From Ginglymostoma cirratum (taxonomy: Eukaryota), in NCBI GenBank assembly GCA_024137785.1, contig JAHRHZ010000016.1, positions 37,381,404 through 37,445,403 of the forward strand: a stretch of 64,000 bases of DNA, read 5' to 3'. Shown here one piece after another: positions 63,401 through 64,000 of the stretch. The position numbers were made by a program, and so were the translations under genes. The notes beneath the pieces were generated by a model. That model did not search any database and was not told the origin of the DNA. It was given only the letters and a program-made list of their open reading frames with translations. Each line of letters begins with the position of its first letter. Positions within the stretch are counted from its first letter, which is position 1.

Positions 63401-64000
63401 ATTAGATGGCATCGGCATCTTGTGGACATTGTGGTCATGCTTTTAGTGACCTTGTTCTTGGCATTTCTTCAATTTCTGGAGACTGATTTTTTTTTGGACT
63501 GTGGTCTAGAAACTGGAGAAATATATATTGCTTGAAAATAAGGAAAATTATCGGAACGTGTTGCAGTGTTTGAAATGAGTTACTGGAATTCATTGTGAGT
63601 TGTATTTTCAAATTTTTCTTATTCAATCAGTGGGGAGAGAATGATGGATTCATTAAATCTTTGTGTGCATGAGTCCAGGGCAGTTTTGCTGAGCGATAGT
63701 CTTTTGTCTGTTTTTTTTTCTCAATTGACCACTGACTGGGGGCTCGGGAGGGGTCAGCGTAGGAACAATCATTTTACTTGTTCCTTAGCAACTGACCACT
63801 ACCTTGTACATGGGCAATATAGCAGAAACATCTAGTCTGTGAAGAGAAAGCATCTCACTCCCTTTGTCTCTCTATGTCTTCTTCCTGTGTGGAGAAGTAA
63901 AGGAAAATCTGACAGTAGCTGTTCTCACTCACCATTTTTCATAAACTTCTTTCTTAGCAAATTGCATGTCGACAGGAAAAAGGGGAGAAACCATATCTGA

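Overview
This is eukaryotic, AT-rich, repeat-dense non-coding DNA. It very probably comes from a cartilaginous fish (shark), judged from HE1-type V-SINEs, abundant CR1/HER1-like LINEs, a DeuSINE and short Penelope-derived repeats. No intact host gene or RNA gene can be supported: the ORF track is almost entirely transposon remnants, antisense shadows or N-gap artefacts, plus one weak candidate exon. Retroelement fossils include Rex1/Babar, RTE, CR1, L2/Crack-like, L1/Tx1, Penelope-like (PLE) and Gypsy elements, often nested. The most interesting signal is a set of short PLE-terminus-derived elements carrying minimal hammerhead ribozyme motifs (CUGANGA-stem II-GAAA-CG-UH). They fall into three sequence families with different, compensated stems. 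Four are stand-alone palindromic (fold-back) insertions flanked by 13-15 bp target-site duplications (TSDs), and one short copy starts at the predicted cleavage site. All three 400-N gaps sit at these elements and at least two look spurious. Repeat boundaries were read by eye and are approximate; family names come from motif recognition, not database searches.
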